Below are positions 19,311 to 29,465 of a stretch of DNA of 64,000 nt, in pieces. The stretch comes from a virus (Duplodnaviria > Caudoviricetes). The notes under the pieces were generated by a model. The model worked only from the letters and a program-made list of their open reading frames with translations. It had not been told where the DNA came from and did not search any database. The position numbers and the translations under genes are program-made. The stretch is from positions 96,001 to 160,000 of the IMG/VR virus record IMGVR_UViG_2974655483_000001. One strand, given 5' to 3'. Positions within the stretch are counted from its first letter, which is position 1. Every line of letters starts with the position of its first letter.

Positions 19311-19701
19311 TTCCGTATTGGATGATGATCTACATGATAATGACTCTTTGAAAATTCCTCAACTCCATGCAAAATATATGGAGTATTACAATACTTTCTC
19401 ACTTATGAAGAGTGAGAGAGAGATTGAGTTGAATCGAATTACTAGAGAGAAATGGTTATATTACAAGGGAAAGGCACCAGCAGCAATCTACAAGGAAATG
19501 CCTTTTGATTTAAAACTTACAACTAAAGAAGAGATATCAATGTTCATCGCTGCTGATGAGGACATTGGAAAAATTCAATACAAGATAGGATATATAACTC
19601 AAGTTCTATGTTTCCTTGATGGCGTGCTACGACAAATTAACAATCGTAGTTTTCATATTAAAAACGCCATTGAATGGAAAAGATTTCAGTCTGGTATGTG
19701 A
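19273..19701 (+). CDS. uvsY: Recombination mediator
   Basis: KIPQLHAKY, KWLYYKGKA, IKNAIEWKRF. Confidence 0.95.
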   Translation: MNLESLQEMWKTDSVLDDDLHDNDSLKIPQLHAKYMEYYNTFSLMKSEREIELNRITREKWLYYKGKAPAAIYKEMPFDLKLTTKEEISMFIAADEDIGKIQYKIGYITQVLCFLDGVLRQINNRSFHIKNAIEWKRFQSGM

Positions 19702-20252
19702 TGCATTACGGTTTATATTATAAACAAGTTTCTTTTAATCGCCAGTCGATGCAAGTAGTCAATACTGCATTATCTGGCAATTCTTTTAAGTGGCACGATG
19801 GTCAGTTGCATGATCAAAAAAATGAAACAAAACGAAAATCTAAAATAGCATGGGTGAGAGATGATCAGTTATACATCCTGTTACTTAAGATGGTAAAGCA
19901 TGTGAATAGGGATGCTGGATGGAACTTTAATATTACTGGAGTTGAACCAATTCAATATGGTTTATATGAACCAGGGGGTACATACAATTGGCATGTAGAC
20001 CAGCATCCAAAACCTGTTCGGGGTTGTGTAAGAAAGATTAGTATGTCTCTTTTTTTAAATGATGACTATGAAGGAGGGGAGTTTGATTTGGAGATATATA
20101 GTCCAGGGGTAGAACCTAGGTATAAATCTTTCAAAACAACACCAGGAACTGCCGTTTTCTTCCAAGGTGATCAATGGCACAGGGTTAGACCTGTAACATC
20201 AGGATTGCGTAAATCTCTTGTAGCATGGTTTTATGGACCTCCGTATTCGTAA
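19701..20252 (+). CDS. 2OG-Fe(II) oxygenase
   Basis: YNWHVD, RKISMSLFL, YEGGEF, WHRVRPVTSGLRKSLVAW. Confidence 0.92.
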   Translation: MHYGLYYKQVSFNRQSMQVVNTALSGNSFKWHDGQLHDQKNETKRKSKIAWVRDDQLYILLLKMVKHVNRDAGWNFNITGVEPIQYGLYEPGGTYNWHVDQHPKPVRGCVRKISMSLFLNDDYEGGEFDLEIYSPGVEPRYKSFKTTPGTAVFFQGDQWHRVRPVTSGLRKSLVAWFYGPPYS

Positions 20253-21699
20253 AAAGAATGAAGTTTATCTTAAGATTGAGGCAGAACCTCATATTAATTA
20301 TGAACTAGCAGATTATTTTTGTTTTGAAGTTGAGTCTGCTAAGTATATGCAGAAGCAACGTCGTTGGAAAGGATGGGACGGAAAGATCCGTTTGTACTCA
20401 CCAGCAACAGGAGAAATTTATTGTGGTCTCTTAGACTATCTTTTGGAGTGGGCAGACGAGAAGAAGTATCAATATAAGTTTGAAGAGTGTAAGTTCTTTG
20501 GTCATCCTCTAGCACAGAATGAGTTCATCACTCCTGAGGGTGTTGTAGGTTTTGTAAAGTCTCTTCGCTTACCGTATCCCGTTCGGGATTATCAGTATAA
20601 AGCAATATACGAGGCATTAAAATATAATAGAAGACTTTTATTATCACCAACAGCTTCTGGAAAGTCTCTGATGATTTATGCATTGGTACGCTTCCATGTA
20701 AATGCAAATAGAAATATATTAATTGTTGTCCCAACTACATCTCTAGTTGAGCAGATGTATAAAGACTTTGAGGAATACGGATGGGTGTGTGCCGAAAACT
20801 GCCACAAGATATATGCGGGGCAGGAAAAATACACGAACCATCAGGTGGTAATTACCACTTGGCAATCTATCTATAAGGAACCTCGTAAGTGGTTTGACAG
20901 GTTTGATGTGGTCATCGGTGACGAGGCACACCTTTTCAAAGCTAAATCTCTTACGTCTCTTATGGGTAAGTTGCATGAATGTAAGTATCGTATTGGATTT
21001 ACAGGAACTCTTGATGGTGCAAATGTCAATCAATTAGTTCTGGAAGGTGTATTTGGTAGGTGCTCACAGGTTACAAGAACTGCACAACTAATGCAAGAAG
21101 GACATGTTGCTAAGTTGAAAGTAAAAATTGTTCTAGTAAAACATGAAGAGAAACTGTTTGAAGGTTATCAAGATGAGATCGGATACCTTGTGGAGCATGA
21201 AAGTAGGAACAAATTTATTCGCAATCTTGCTTGTGACTTGAAAGGAAATACTCTAGTGTTATTCAACTATGTAGAGCGTCATGGGGTGCCTCTTTATGAG
21301 ATGATAAATAGTTACACCGAAAGACCAGTACATTTTGTACACGGTGGTGTAGATGTTAGTGACCGTGAAGACATTAGACTACTAACTGAAAAGTCTGACA
21401 ATGCAATCATTGTTGCTTCTTATGGTACTTTTTCTACAGGCATCAACATTAAAAACCTACACAACGTTATCTTCGCAAGTCCTTCAAAGTCCAGAGTTCG
21501 CAACCTACAATCTATTGGTCGTGTTCTAAGGAAAGGCGAAAATAAATCTCAAGCAACATTATATGATATTGCTGATGATATCTCTACCGATAGAGGTAAC
21601 AACTATACACTCAACCATTTAATGGAAAGAGTTAAAGTATACAATCAAGAAAAATTTAATTATGAAATCATAGATGTCAACTTAAAAACTTATGATTAA
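20233..21699 (+). CDS. uvsW: SF2 DNA helicase
   Basis: SPTASGKS, DEAH, QSIGRVLR. Confidence 0.97.
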   Translation: MDLRIRKKNEVYLKIEAEPHINYELADYFCFEVESAKYMQKQRRWKGWDGKIRLYSPATGEIYCGLLDYLLEWADEKKYQYKFEECKFFGHPLAQNEFITPEGVVGFVKSLRLPYPVRDYQYKAIYEALKYNRRLLLSPTASGKSLMIYALVRFHVNANRNILIVVPTTSLVEQMYKDFEEYGWVCAENCHKIYAGQEKYTNHQVVITTWQSIYKEPRKWFDRFDVVIGDEAHLFKAKSLTSLMGKLHECKYRIGFTGTLDGANVNQLVLEGVFGRCSQVTRTAQLMQEGHVAKLKVKIVLVKHEEKLFEGYQDEIGYLVEHESRNKFIRNLACDLKGNTLVLFNYVERHGVPLYEMINSYTERPVHFVHGGVDVSDREDIRLLTEKSDNAIIVASYGTFSTGINIKNLHNVIFASPSKSRVRNLQSIGRVLRKGENKSQATLYDIADDISTDRGNNYTLNHLMERVKVYNQEKFNYEIIDVNLKTYD

Positions 21700-22111
21700 T
21701 TACGCAAGACATGATGAAGAATTCTACGGAGTTTTCAAACTTCTTAATGGTGAGGAAGTTTTAGGTAAAGCAGTGCTTACAGAAGATGAGGGTGAAACCT
21801 TAGTTTTTCTCCAAGATCCTGTTTGCACCCAAGTCATTCATAAAGAACTTGAAGAAGGGAAAATGATTCGTGGAGTGGGATTTTCAAAATGGATGCAATT
21901 TTCTAATGAGGACTTCTTCATTTTACGCGAGAAGGATATCCTTACTGTTACCTCAATGAGTAAAGAAGTTTCATACTTATACGAAGCTTTTATTCTTAGT
22001 GAAGATGACGAGAAGTCATCCAAAACCAAAGTAGAACTAGAACCCGAGATGGGTTATCTAGGTAAAATTGATGAAGCAAGAAAACTCTTAGAGAAGATTT
22101 ATAGAAGCTAG
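21692..22111 (+). CDS. Conserved hypothetical protein (Sm-like fold suspected)
   Basis: FKLLNGEEVLG N-terminus; conserved position between uvsW and gp55. Confidence 0.7.
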   Translation: MINYARHDEEFYGVFKLLNGEEVLGKAVLTEDEGETLVFLQDPVCTQVIHKELEEGKMIRGVGFSKWMQFSNEDFFILREKDILTVTSMSKEVSYLYEAFILSEDDEKSSKTKVELEPEMGYLGKIDEARKLLEKIYRS

Positions 22112-22149
22112 TAGTTCTCTGAACCTCCACAAGGTTATTATACAGAGAC

Positions 22150-22177
22150 TTGACGATTCTGTCAAGTATGTTATAAT
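22150..22177 (+). promoter_or_regulatory. Sigma70-type early/middle promoter for gp55
   Basis: TTGACG-16-TATAAT with TG extension; TTGAC-N6-GTCAA palindrome. Confidence 0.75.
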
Positions 22178-22197
22178 ATTAACAAAGCAGATACCAT

Positions 22198-22734
22198 ATG
22201 AAAACGCCTGTTAAAAAACAAAAACAACATTACGTTGATAATCAAGAGTTTCTTGCTGCAATAATTGTATATAAAAAGAAACTTCTTTCTGTAGCAGAGC
22301 AAGAGATTCCTGGATTTCTAGATCTTCCTCATAACAAACAGGTGCAAGCTCTTAAGAAGTGGGATAGTCCTAAGAAACCCAGAGTGAATAATTACATTGG
22401 TGGATGCTTTCTGAAGATTGCAACTCACCTTTCATATCGTCCTAACTTTATTAACTACATGTATAAGGAAGATATGATTTGTGATGGTATTGAAAATTGT
22501 ATTCAATATATTAACAATTTTGATCCTGAAAAATCCAAGAATCCGTTTGCATACTTTACACAGATTGTATACTATGCATTCTTGAGAAGAATTCAAAAAG
22601 AAAAAAGACAGATGGAAATTAAAGATAAGATTCTAGAGAAATCTGGTTATGAACATGTCTTTAGTATTGACGGAGATGTTGATTCGGGGTATAATCAGAT
22701 CAAGTCCCGTGTGGAGATGAACTCGAAACGATGA
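22198..22734 (+). CDS. gp55: Late-transcription sigma factor
   Basis: HYVDNQEF, YRPNFINY, NPFAYFTQI...AFLRRIQKEK. Confidence 0.97.
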   Translation: MKTPVKKQKQHYVDNQEFLAAIIVYKKKLLSVAEQEIPGFLDLPHNKQVQALKKWDSPKKPRVNNYIGGCFLKIATHLSYRPNFINYMYKEDMICDGIENCIQYINNFDPEKSKNPFAYFTQIVYYAFLRRIQKEKRQMEIKDKILEKSGYEHVFSIDGDVDSGYNQIKSRVEMNSKR

Positions 22735-23762
22735 AGATCTTATTGATTACGGACCAGCACTTTGGTGTTCGTAACGACAATCAGTATTTTATTGAGAGTT
22801 ATAGAAAATTTTATACCAATGTAGTTGTACCATACATAGACGCACATAATATTAAAAATGTTATTTGTCTGGGTGATACCTTTGATAAGAGACGTTCCAT
22901 CAACTTTATGTCGCTGGAAGCAGCAAAAGAGATGTGGTTTACACCTCTTCAAGAGATGGGTGTTACGATGGATATGCTTGTAGGAAACCATGATATTTAT
23001 TACAAGAATACTTTACGAGTTAACGCCCCAAGTGAGTTACTTGGAGAATACAACAACATCAGAGTACATACCAAACCTACCACTGCTGTTTTCGGTGGTC
23101 TTTCTATACTCCTTCTCCCTTGGATTTGCGATGAAAATCGTGCAGAAGTTCTGGAAGAAGTAGGAAGTACTGAAGCAAAAGTATGCATGGGTCATCTAGA
23201 ACTCAATGGTTTTGAAGCACATCCTGGTCATGTAATGCAACATGGTATGGACAAGAATACATTCTCAAAATTTAAGAAAGTATTTTCTGGACACTACCAC
23301 ATGAAATCCAATAAAGGTAATGTGTATTACTTGGGTAATCCTTATCAGTTGTATTGGAATGACTATGGATGTAAAAGAGGGTTTCATGTATTTGATACCG
23401 ATACTCTGAAGACAACTTTTATTAGAAATCCATTTGACACTTTCTATAAAGTGTATTATAATAATGGAGTAAGTTTGCCAGACTCTAGCGAACTACAAGG
23501 AGCATACGTCAAACTAATCGTAGAAGAGAAGGGAGACTATGCAAAGTTTGATTACACGGTCAATCAACTTCAAGGAATGTCTCTTGGTGATTTAAAAATC
23601 ATCGAAGATCTTAATGCAGAAGTATCTAGTGATTCGGTGTTGGAAACCGAAGATACTATGACTCTTCTAGATAACTACATAGATGAAATAGATCTTAAGG
23701 TTAGTAAATCTAATATTAAGAATCTAATGAGATCTCTATACATGGAAGCATCTGAAATCTAA
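22731..23762 (+). CDS. gp47: Recombination endonuclease subunit (Mre11/SbcD-like)
   Basis: DQHFG, GDTFD, GNHD, SGHYH metallophosphoesterase motifs. Confidence 0.97.
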   Translation: MKILLITDQHFGVRNDNQYFIESYRKFYTNVVVPYIDAHNIKNVICLGDTFDKRRSINFMSLEAAKEMWFTPLQEMGVTMDMLVGNHDIYYKNTLRVNAPSELLGEYNNIRVHTKPTTAVFGGLSILLLPWICDENRAEVLEEVGSTEAKVCMGHLELNGFEAHPGHVMQHGMDKNTFSKFKKVFSGHYHMKSNKGNVYYLGNPYQLYWNDYGCKRGFHVFDTDTLKTTFIRNPFDTFYKVYYNNGVSLPDSSELQGAYVKLIVEEKGDYAKFDYTVNQLQGMSLGDLKIIEDLNAEVSSDSVLETEDTMTLLDNYIDEIDLKVSKSNIKNLMRSLYMEASEI

Positions 23763-24010
23763 TGTTCGTTTTAACAGACATAAACTCAGGCGGTATCTAT
23801 GCTGTAACTAGCAAAGATTCAATCAAAACTGTCACTGTGTTTGAAGATCGAGACGACGCAGAACGGTATGTACAACTACTACTTGCCGATGATTATGAAG
23901 ATGAACTAGAAATTTTTGAAGTTGACAAAGACGTTGTTGCTATCAACTGTAACACATACGGATATAGTTATTCCGTTATTGAAAAAGATGATCTGATTAT
24001 CCCCCCGTAA
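23762..24010 (+). CDS. Hypothetical protein (DUF3110-like)
   Basis: VFEDRDDAERY motif; between gp47 and gp46. Confidence 0.65.
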   Translation: MFVLTDINSGGIYAVTSKDSIKTVTVFEDRDDAERYVQLLLADDYEDELEIFEVDKDVVAINCNTYGYSYSVIEKDDLIIPP

Positions 24011-25731
24011 TGATTACATTTGAAACTATCCGCTGGAAAAACTTTCTTTCAACAGGAGATCAGTGGACTGAGATTGACTTTTGTGAGTCATCCTCAACTC
24101 TTATTGTAGGTTCTAATGGCGCAGGGAAGTCCACTATGTTGGATGCCCTGTGTTTTGCTTTGTTTGGAAAGGCATTCCGTAAGATAAACAAACCTCAACT
24201 AGTCAATAGCATCAACGAGAAAGATGCTAAAGTGGAAGTTACCTTTAGTATTGGTAAGGAAGAGTATCGTGTGTTCAGAGGCATTAAACCAAATGCGTTT
24301 GAACTTTACAAGAATAATAAACTGGTTGATCAGGATGCTGCTACCAAGGACACACAAAAATATCTTGAACAATCTGTACTCAAACTTAACTATAAGTCAT
24401 TTACTCAAGTAGTCATTCTTGGGTCTAGTACATTTGTCCCCTTCATGCAACTTGCTGCTTCTCACAGGAGAGAGGTGATTGAAGACTTGCTTGATATTAA
24501 TATTTTCTCGAATATGAATGGTCTTTTGAAAGATCGTATTCGTGCATCACAGGGTCAAAGTAAAGATTGTTCTCACATGTTGACTCTTGCTGAAGGCAAA
24601 GTCCATGCTCAGAAAAAACTAATCAACTCTCTTGAAGAAGTTAATCAGAATCGTCAAGAAGAGAAACAGAAAAAGTATGATGAGAATCTTTCTTTCATGA
24701 AGAAGGTACATGAAGATAAGTATATTGTAGAGAAAGATATTAAAGATACAGAAAGTAAAATCGGTGACTATGATGCTGCAGCAAAAACTTTATCATCTTT
24801 GCGTCAAGGTCAGTCGGATAGAAAATCTCAACTAAAAATTATTTCCAAAGATCTGAAATTTTTTAAGGGGCATGATGTATGTCCTACATGTACACAAGAC
24901 ATTAGTGGCACTTTTAAAGATGACCAAATTACTACATTAACACATTCAGGCAAACTAGTTGCAGAAGAAATTGTGCAATTTAATGTAGATGTTGCTGATG
25001 CATCTCAGATTATATCTGAGATTTCTGAGCAGTCTATGAAACTTAAAGAACTTTCTAGTAATCTTTCTGCACTTGATCGTGATTATGTTAGACTAGAGTT
25101 TGAGAATCTTCGCATTAAAGATGAACTTGTAAAGTTACAGGAACATACTCCCAACATTGATAAAGAGAGGGAACATTTACAAAATGTCCAAGATGAGTAT
25201 GCAAAAACAGAATCCGATTGTGCAGCAGTTAGCCAACAATTAGATGAGTTTCAAGTCATTGCTTCCTTACTCAAAGATTCTGGAATTAAGAGTAGGATCA
25301 TCAAAAAATATATTCCTATCTTCAATCAACTAATTAACAAGTATCTTCAATCGATGGACTTCTTTGTTAACTTTACTCTTGATGAAGAGTTTAATGAAGT
25401 TATTAAGAGTCGTTTCAGAGATGAGTTTTCTTACGCATCGTTCTCTGAAGGTGAGAAGCAAAAGATTGATTTGGCATTATTGTTCACATGGCGTGAAGTT
25501 GCTCGTATGAAAAATAGTGTTGCTACTAACTTACTTATTCTTGATGAAGTATTTGATAGTTCATTAGATGCTTCTGGTACTGGAGAACTTCTTCAGATTC
25601 TTCGTGGTCTTGGAAAGGATACTAATGTCTTTGTTATCTCACATAAAGGAGACATTTTAGTCGATAAGTTCTTGCGAACACTGAAGTTTGAAAAGATTAA
25701 TGATTTTTCAAAGATGTCTGATGAGTCCTAA
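24010..25731 (+). CDS. gp46: Recombination ATPase (Rad50/SbcC-like)
   Basis: GSNGAGKS, CPTC hook, FSEGEK, LILDEVFD. Confidence 0.98.
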   Translation: MITFETIRWKNFLSTGDQWTEIDFCESSSTLIVGSNGAGKSTMLDALCFALFGKAFRKINKPQLVNSINEKDAKVEVTFSIGKEEYRVFRGIKPNAFELYKNNKLVDQDAATKDTQKYLEQSVLKLNYKSFTQVVILGSSTFVPFMQLAASHRREVIEDLLDINIFSNMNGLLKDRIRASQGQSKDCSHMLTLAEGKVHAQKKLINSLEEVNQNRQEEKQKKYDENLSFMKKVHEDKYIVEKDIKDTESKIGDYDAAAKTLSSLRQGQSDRKSQLKIISKDLKFFKGHDVCPTCTQDISGTFKDDQITTLTHSGKLVAEEIVQFNVDVADASQIISEISEQSMKLKELSSNLSALDRDYVRLEFENLRIKDELVKLQEHTPNIDKEREHLQNVQDEYAKTESDCAAVSQQLDEFQVIASLLKDSGIKSRIIKKYIPIFNQLINKYLQSMDFFVNFTLDEEFNEVIKSRFRDEFSYASFSEGEKQKIDLALLFTWREVARMKNSVATNLLILDEVFDSSLDASGTGELLQILRGLGKDTNVFVISHKGDILVDKFLRTLKFEKINDFSKMSDES

Positions 25732-25737
25732 ATAAAC

Positions 25738-26070
25738 TTGGTTGGGGAAAAACTTTTGCTTTCTACACAGTACAGACTACGACTGGAATTTATTTGTAAA
25801 TGTATTGCTAATGGCGAAGAAGTAAAATTGTCTGATATGATTTGGGCAAACAAACTTGCTAAAGCAAATACAACTGCTAATGAAATGTTGAAGATGGCAC
25901 GTCGCCAAATCACACAACAGATTGAAGAAGGAAGCACAGATGATTTTCTGAATAGGATGGGGTTAGGTGATCCCGACCCATCCAATCATAAAACGGGATT
26001 CGATAGTGCTGATGATATCAAAGACTGGTTTCAACAGGACCGCAGTGAAGATTGGAGACAGCGAGACTAA
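25738..26070 (+). CDS. Conserved cyanophage hypothetical protein
   Basis: LSTQYRLRLEFIC...DWRQRD; exact start uncertain. Confidence 0.7.
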   Translation: MVGEKLLLSTQYRLRLEFICKCIANGEEVKLSDMIWANKLAKANTTANEMLKMARRQITQQIEEGSTDDFLNRMGLGDPDPSNHKTGFDSADDIKDWFQQDRSEDWRQRD

Positions 26071-26258
26071 TGCCACATGAATTTGATTATGTCGAAGCAC
26101 CTGCTGAAGGTGAAGTTGACAAATGGGGATTTACGATAAAACCCACTATCACAGATACTGAGTGTATTTTGCGATGTTTGCGAAATGCTCCTGAGGGAAC
26201 TGATAGGAAACAAGTTGCAAGATTAATTAAACAATATCATGACCAAGAAACAATATAA
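26070..26258 (+). CDS. Hypothetical protein
   Basis: ORF coupled to previous stop. Confidence 0.6.
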   Translation: MPHEFDYVEAPAEGEVDKWGFTIKPTITDTECILRCLRNAPEGTDRKQVARLIKQYHDQETI

Positions 26259-26343
26259 ACAACTGCTGCTCGATCACTTCACAGAGCAGTTGGATAAATT
26301 GACAGCAAAGGAACTGAAGGAACTTGCTGCGAGACACACATGA
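26239..26343 (+). CDS. Small hypothetical protein (34 aa)
   Basis: Translated by hand; fills operon gap. Confidence 0.45.
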   Translation: MTKKQYKQLLLDHFTEQLDKLTAKELKELAARHT

Positions 26344-26471
26344 AGGATTATGTCTGTATCCCCATGTGGGATCCTATTTTCGAGATGATGCGCTATCATT
26401 GGGTTCACAAGTCAGAAAGGGATCCTGAGCAATTCGTGAAAAATCTTAATCCAGAGCAAGAAGTGCTATGA
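26340..26471 (+). CDS. Small hypothetical protein (43 aa)
   Basis: Translated by hand; ATGA overlaps at both ends. Confidence 0.55.
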   Translation: MKDYVCIPMWDPIFEMMRYHWVHKSERDPEQFVKNLNPEQEVL

Positions 26472-26767
26472 GTAGTAAGATGCTATTCCTAGTTGCTAAT
26501 GGTGATAACAAATGTATCACTCATGATGGATACATTCAACTTGGTAGTTTCTCCCATAGTGTGGAGAAGCATCTAGAGTTAAATCCTGAACAAGATTGGC
26601 AGGTAACATACTGGATGCCTGATCCATTTAGTATCAGATACCCAAGACCTAATTATCAGCATACAATGAAGGCGAATGAAGGTTCTCCTAAAACTGATAA
26701 TTCTACTGATAGTAGACCAAGAGATTTCCCTGACCAAGCAACAAATAGATTGGAGAGAACATTATGA
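26468..26767 (+). CDS. Hypothetical protein
   Basis: 99-aa ORF in coupled chain. Confidence 0.65.
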   Translation: MSSKMLFLVANGDNKCITHDGYIQLGSFSHSVEKHLELNPEQDWQVTYWMPDPFSIRYPRPNYQHTMKANEGSPKTDNSTDSRPRDFPDQATNRLERTL

Positions 26768-26913
26768 AGATGTGGGAGACTGAGTGTGTTGGGTGTGGTA
26801 AACTGACACCAGCAAATCAATGTCCTCAGGTAGGATGCTATGTTCCGTCCGAGAATAAATATAAAAATTCACTATGCAAACCCTGTTGGTTAAAAAGCAA
26901 ATGCAAGCAGTAA
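26764..26913 (+). CDS. Small zinc-ribbon-like protein (49 aa, CxxC...CxxC)
   Basis: Translated by hand: ECVGCG...LCKPCW. Confidence 0.55.
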   Translation: MKMWETECVGCGKLTPANQCPQVGCYVPSENKYKNSLCKPCWLKSKCKQ

Positions 26914-27143
26914 TCTATTCAAATGGAAGTCAAGAGTGTCAGCGTATGGCAGCACTATTAGAGTCTCTTGGTGGAGAGTTTTTAGAATATAAACTCAATA
27001 ATCACTTTACTCAAAGATCATTTGAAAATGAATTTGGCGAAGGGGCGACTTATCCCCAAGTATCTTTGGATTATAAGCATGTTGGTAACATGCATGACAC
27101 ATTACATTTCCTGCAAGAGAAGGGAATGCTTGTAGGACAGTGA
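26901..27143 (+). CDS. Glutaredoxin-like protein (degenerate active site SQEC)
   Basis: VIYS...C, ATYPQV, HVG glutaredoxin fold motifs. Confidence 0.75.
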   Translation: MQAVIYSNGSQECQRMAALLESLGGEFLEYKLNNHFTQRSFENEFGEGATYPQVSLDYKHVGNMHDTLHFLQEKGMLVGQ

Positions 27144-27199
27144 CGAAAGTGTCTCATTGGTTGTCCAACGGTAGGAATCTCTGCTATAATTACAGGGTA
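27136..27199 (+). promoter_or_regulatory. Early promoter with upstream GACA-N7-AAGTGTCTCA element
   Basis: TTGTCC-18-TATAAT, TG extension; 20 bp identical to 63220-63239. Confidence 0.7.
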
Positions 27200-27213
27200 A
27201 CCAAGAGAGACGG

Positions 27214-29325
27214 ATGAACACTCAGGAAGTCAAAGGCACTCTTGCCAAACTACTTGCTACAGAGAACCTGACGGTAGAGCATCGCAAGGTTAGCACTGCG
27301 TGCTTCGATGTTGATAAACGTCTCCTCATCCTTCCCATCTGGAAAACTGCATCTAACACTGTCTATGACCTTCTGGTAGGTCATGAGGTAGGTCATGCTC
27401 TATATACACCTAACGAGGACTTTGGTAGCGTCTCAAAGGCATTTGTGAATGTCTTAGAGGACGCTCGTATTGAGAAGATGATGAAGGTCACTTATCCTGG
27501 TCTTCGCAAATCCTTCTTTGAAGGTTACCGAGAACTTTGGGAGAGAGATTTCTTTGGTGTTAAGAATGAAGAGGTATCAGATTTATCTTTGATTGATCGT
27601 ATCAACTTATACTTCAAAGGTAAACCTGATATGGTTTTCTCTGATGATGAAAGAACTTGGGTTGACCGTGCTGATAATACCAAATCATTTCAAGAGGTTC
27701 TCCAACTTGCACGAGAACTCTGGGAATATGTCAACCAGAAGAAAGATGAAACTGAGACTCCAATTCAACCCAAGTCGGAGAATGGTCAGCAGTCTGCAGA
27801 TACAGAAGAGGAAATAAATTTTGAAGATCAAGACGAGCAAGGAGAAGATGAAGACGGTGAGTATGAAGATACTTCTGAATTAGAAATTCCTACATACGAG
27901 AGTGGTGGAGAAATTGATGAGACTCAATCTATAACAGATGAGGCACTGTCTCAAGCACTAGAAACTTTGGTTGATGATGATGCTAAGGAATGGGTATACT
28001 TAAGTTTACCTAAGATTGATCTTGATGATTATGTTGTTCCTTATAATGTCGTTCAAGAAAATTTGAATGCCCATTATTATGGATATGATTTTGGTGATGA
28101 CCAGGAGTCCAAAGAATACTATGATCGGAATCTTTCATATGCTGTAGATCATTACAACAGTTTCAAAAAAGATACTCAGAAAACAGTCAACTACTTATGT
28201 AAGCAATTTGAAATGAGGAAGTCTGCTGATGAATACAAACGTGTAGCAACTTCTAAGACAGGGATTCTTGATACAAACAAACTGCATACTTATAAATTCA
28301 ATGATGATATTTTTAAGAAAGTTGCTATCATCCCTGAGGGTAAGAACCATGGTCTAGTAATGCATCTTGACTGGTCTGGTTCTATGCAGAGTCAACTTCT
28401 AGATACTATGAAGCAACTTTATAATCTAGTATGGTTCTGCAAAAAATGCGGTATTCCTTTTCGAGTGTATGCTTTCCAATCTGGATTTGTCACTAACCGA
28501 CAACAGTTACCAGAAGACTTGAAGCAGAGTGAGAATGAACTTGCACTGACTAATGATTTTAGATTGTTGGAGATGTTCTCTTCCAGGCAAAATGCAAAAT
28601 CATTAGAGAAGTCTATGCATCTAATGTATGTTCAGGCGTTTTCTATTGGAGGATATCGCATACAACACTACTCTGAGTATACTCTTGGTGGTACTCCTCT
28701 TGCAGAAGCAGTGTATTGTACTCGTGAGATTGTTGCTCAATTGAAAAGAGTTGAGCGTGTCAGTAAAGTAAATGTTATTTGTCTGACTGATGGTGAGTCC
28801 AATCCAATGGGATACATTAAACGAATTCCTGATGAATACCAATATGCCAACAAAGAGTTTGCTCACTCATATCTCTGCCATCAACGCAATAAAATCTTCT
28901 TCCTTCGCGATTCTCAAACTGGATATACTCGCAGAATAAATCCAATTCCTTATAATACTACAAATGAGATTGTATCTTTTTATAGAGAGATTACTGATTA
29001 CAACTGGATTGGTATTCGTATTTGTAGTAAGTCGGAATTGACACGTCTTGTGCGAGAGAGTATAGATATAGATAGGAATGAATATGAATCCATTGACAAA
29101 CAATGGAAGAAGGAACGCTTCGTTTCTATCAAAGGCAAAGCAGGATTTACTGAATCTTTTTATATGCCAAATCAAGGTTCTGGCATGGGTAGTCAGGATC
29201 TTGAGGTTAAAAATAAAAAAGAAGTCGCTACTCGCGCTGAATTGACTAGAGCATTTAAGAAACATATGGGTTCTAAAATGACAAACAAGACCATCCTTAA
29301 CGCATTTATTGAGCAAATCGCATGA
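27214..29325 (+). CDS. HEXXH metallopeptidase-like / vWA (CobT-like) protein
   Basis: HEVGH, NVLEDARIE, acidic linker, DWSGS MIDAS, GGTPL, LTDGE. Confidence 0.85.
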   Translation: MNTQEVKGTLAKLLATENLTVEHRKVSTACFDVDKRLLILPIWKTASNTVYDLLVGHEVGHALYTPNEDFGSVSKAFVNVLEDARIEKMMKVTYPGLRKSFFEGYRELWERDFFGVKNEEVSDLSLIDRINLYFKGKPDMVFSDDERTWVDRADNTKSFQEVLQLARELWEYVNQKKDETETPIQPKSENGQQSADTEEEINFEDQDEQGEDEDGEYEDTSELEIPTYESGGEIDETQSITDEALSQALETLVDDDAKEWVYLSLPKIDLDDYVVPYNVVQENLNAHYYGYDFGDDQESKEYYDRNLSYAVDHYNSFKKDTQKTVNYLCKQFEMRKSADEYKRVATSKTGILDTNKLHTYKFNDDIFKKVAIIPEGKNHGLVMHLDWSGSMQSQLLDTMKQLYNLVWFCKKCGIPFRVYAFQSGFVTNRQQLPEDLKQSENELALTNDFRLLEMFSSRQNAKSLEKSMHLMYVQAFSIGGYRIQHYSEYTLGGTPLAEAVYCTREIVAQLKRVERVSKVNVICLTDGESNPMGYIKRIPDEYQYANKEFAHSYLCHQRNKIFFLRDSQTGYTRRINPIPYNTTNEIVSFYREITDYNWIGIRICSKSELTRLVRESIDIDRNEYESIDKQWKKERFVSIKGKAGFTESFYMPNQGSGMGSQDLEVKNKKEVATRAELTRAFKKHMGSKMTNKTILNAFIEQIA

Positions 29326-29465
29326 AGTGTAAAGTACAACTATTCAAAGCAGGAACAATTTTTGATGAGATTGTTATTGCTACAGACTATGACGATGCTA
29401 AGAAAGTTGCCTTGGCACGAAACCCTGGAGCAACTATCATGGGAGTAACGGCAGTATTTGAATGA
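29322..29465 (+). CDS. Small hypothetical protein (47 aa, ALARNPGA)
   Basis: Translated by hand; ATGA overlaps. Confidence 0.6.
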   Translation: MKCKVQLFKAGTIFDEIVIATDYDDAKKVALARNPGATIMGVTAVFE

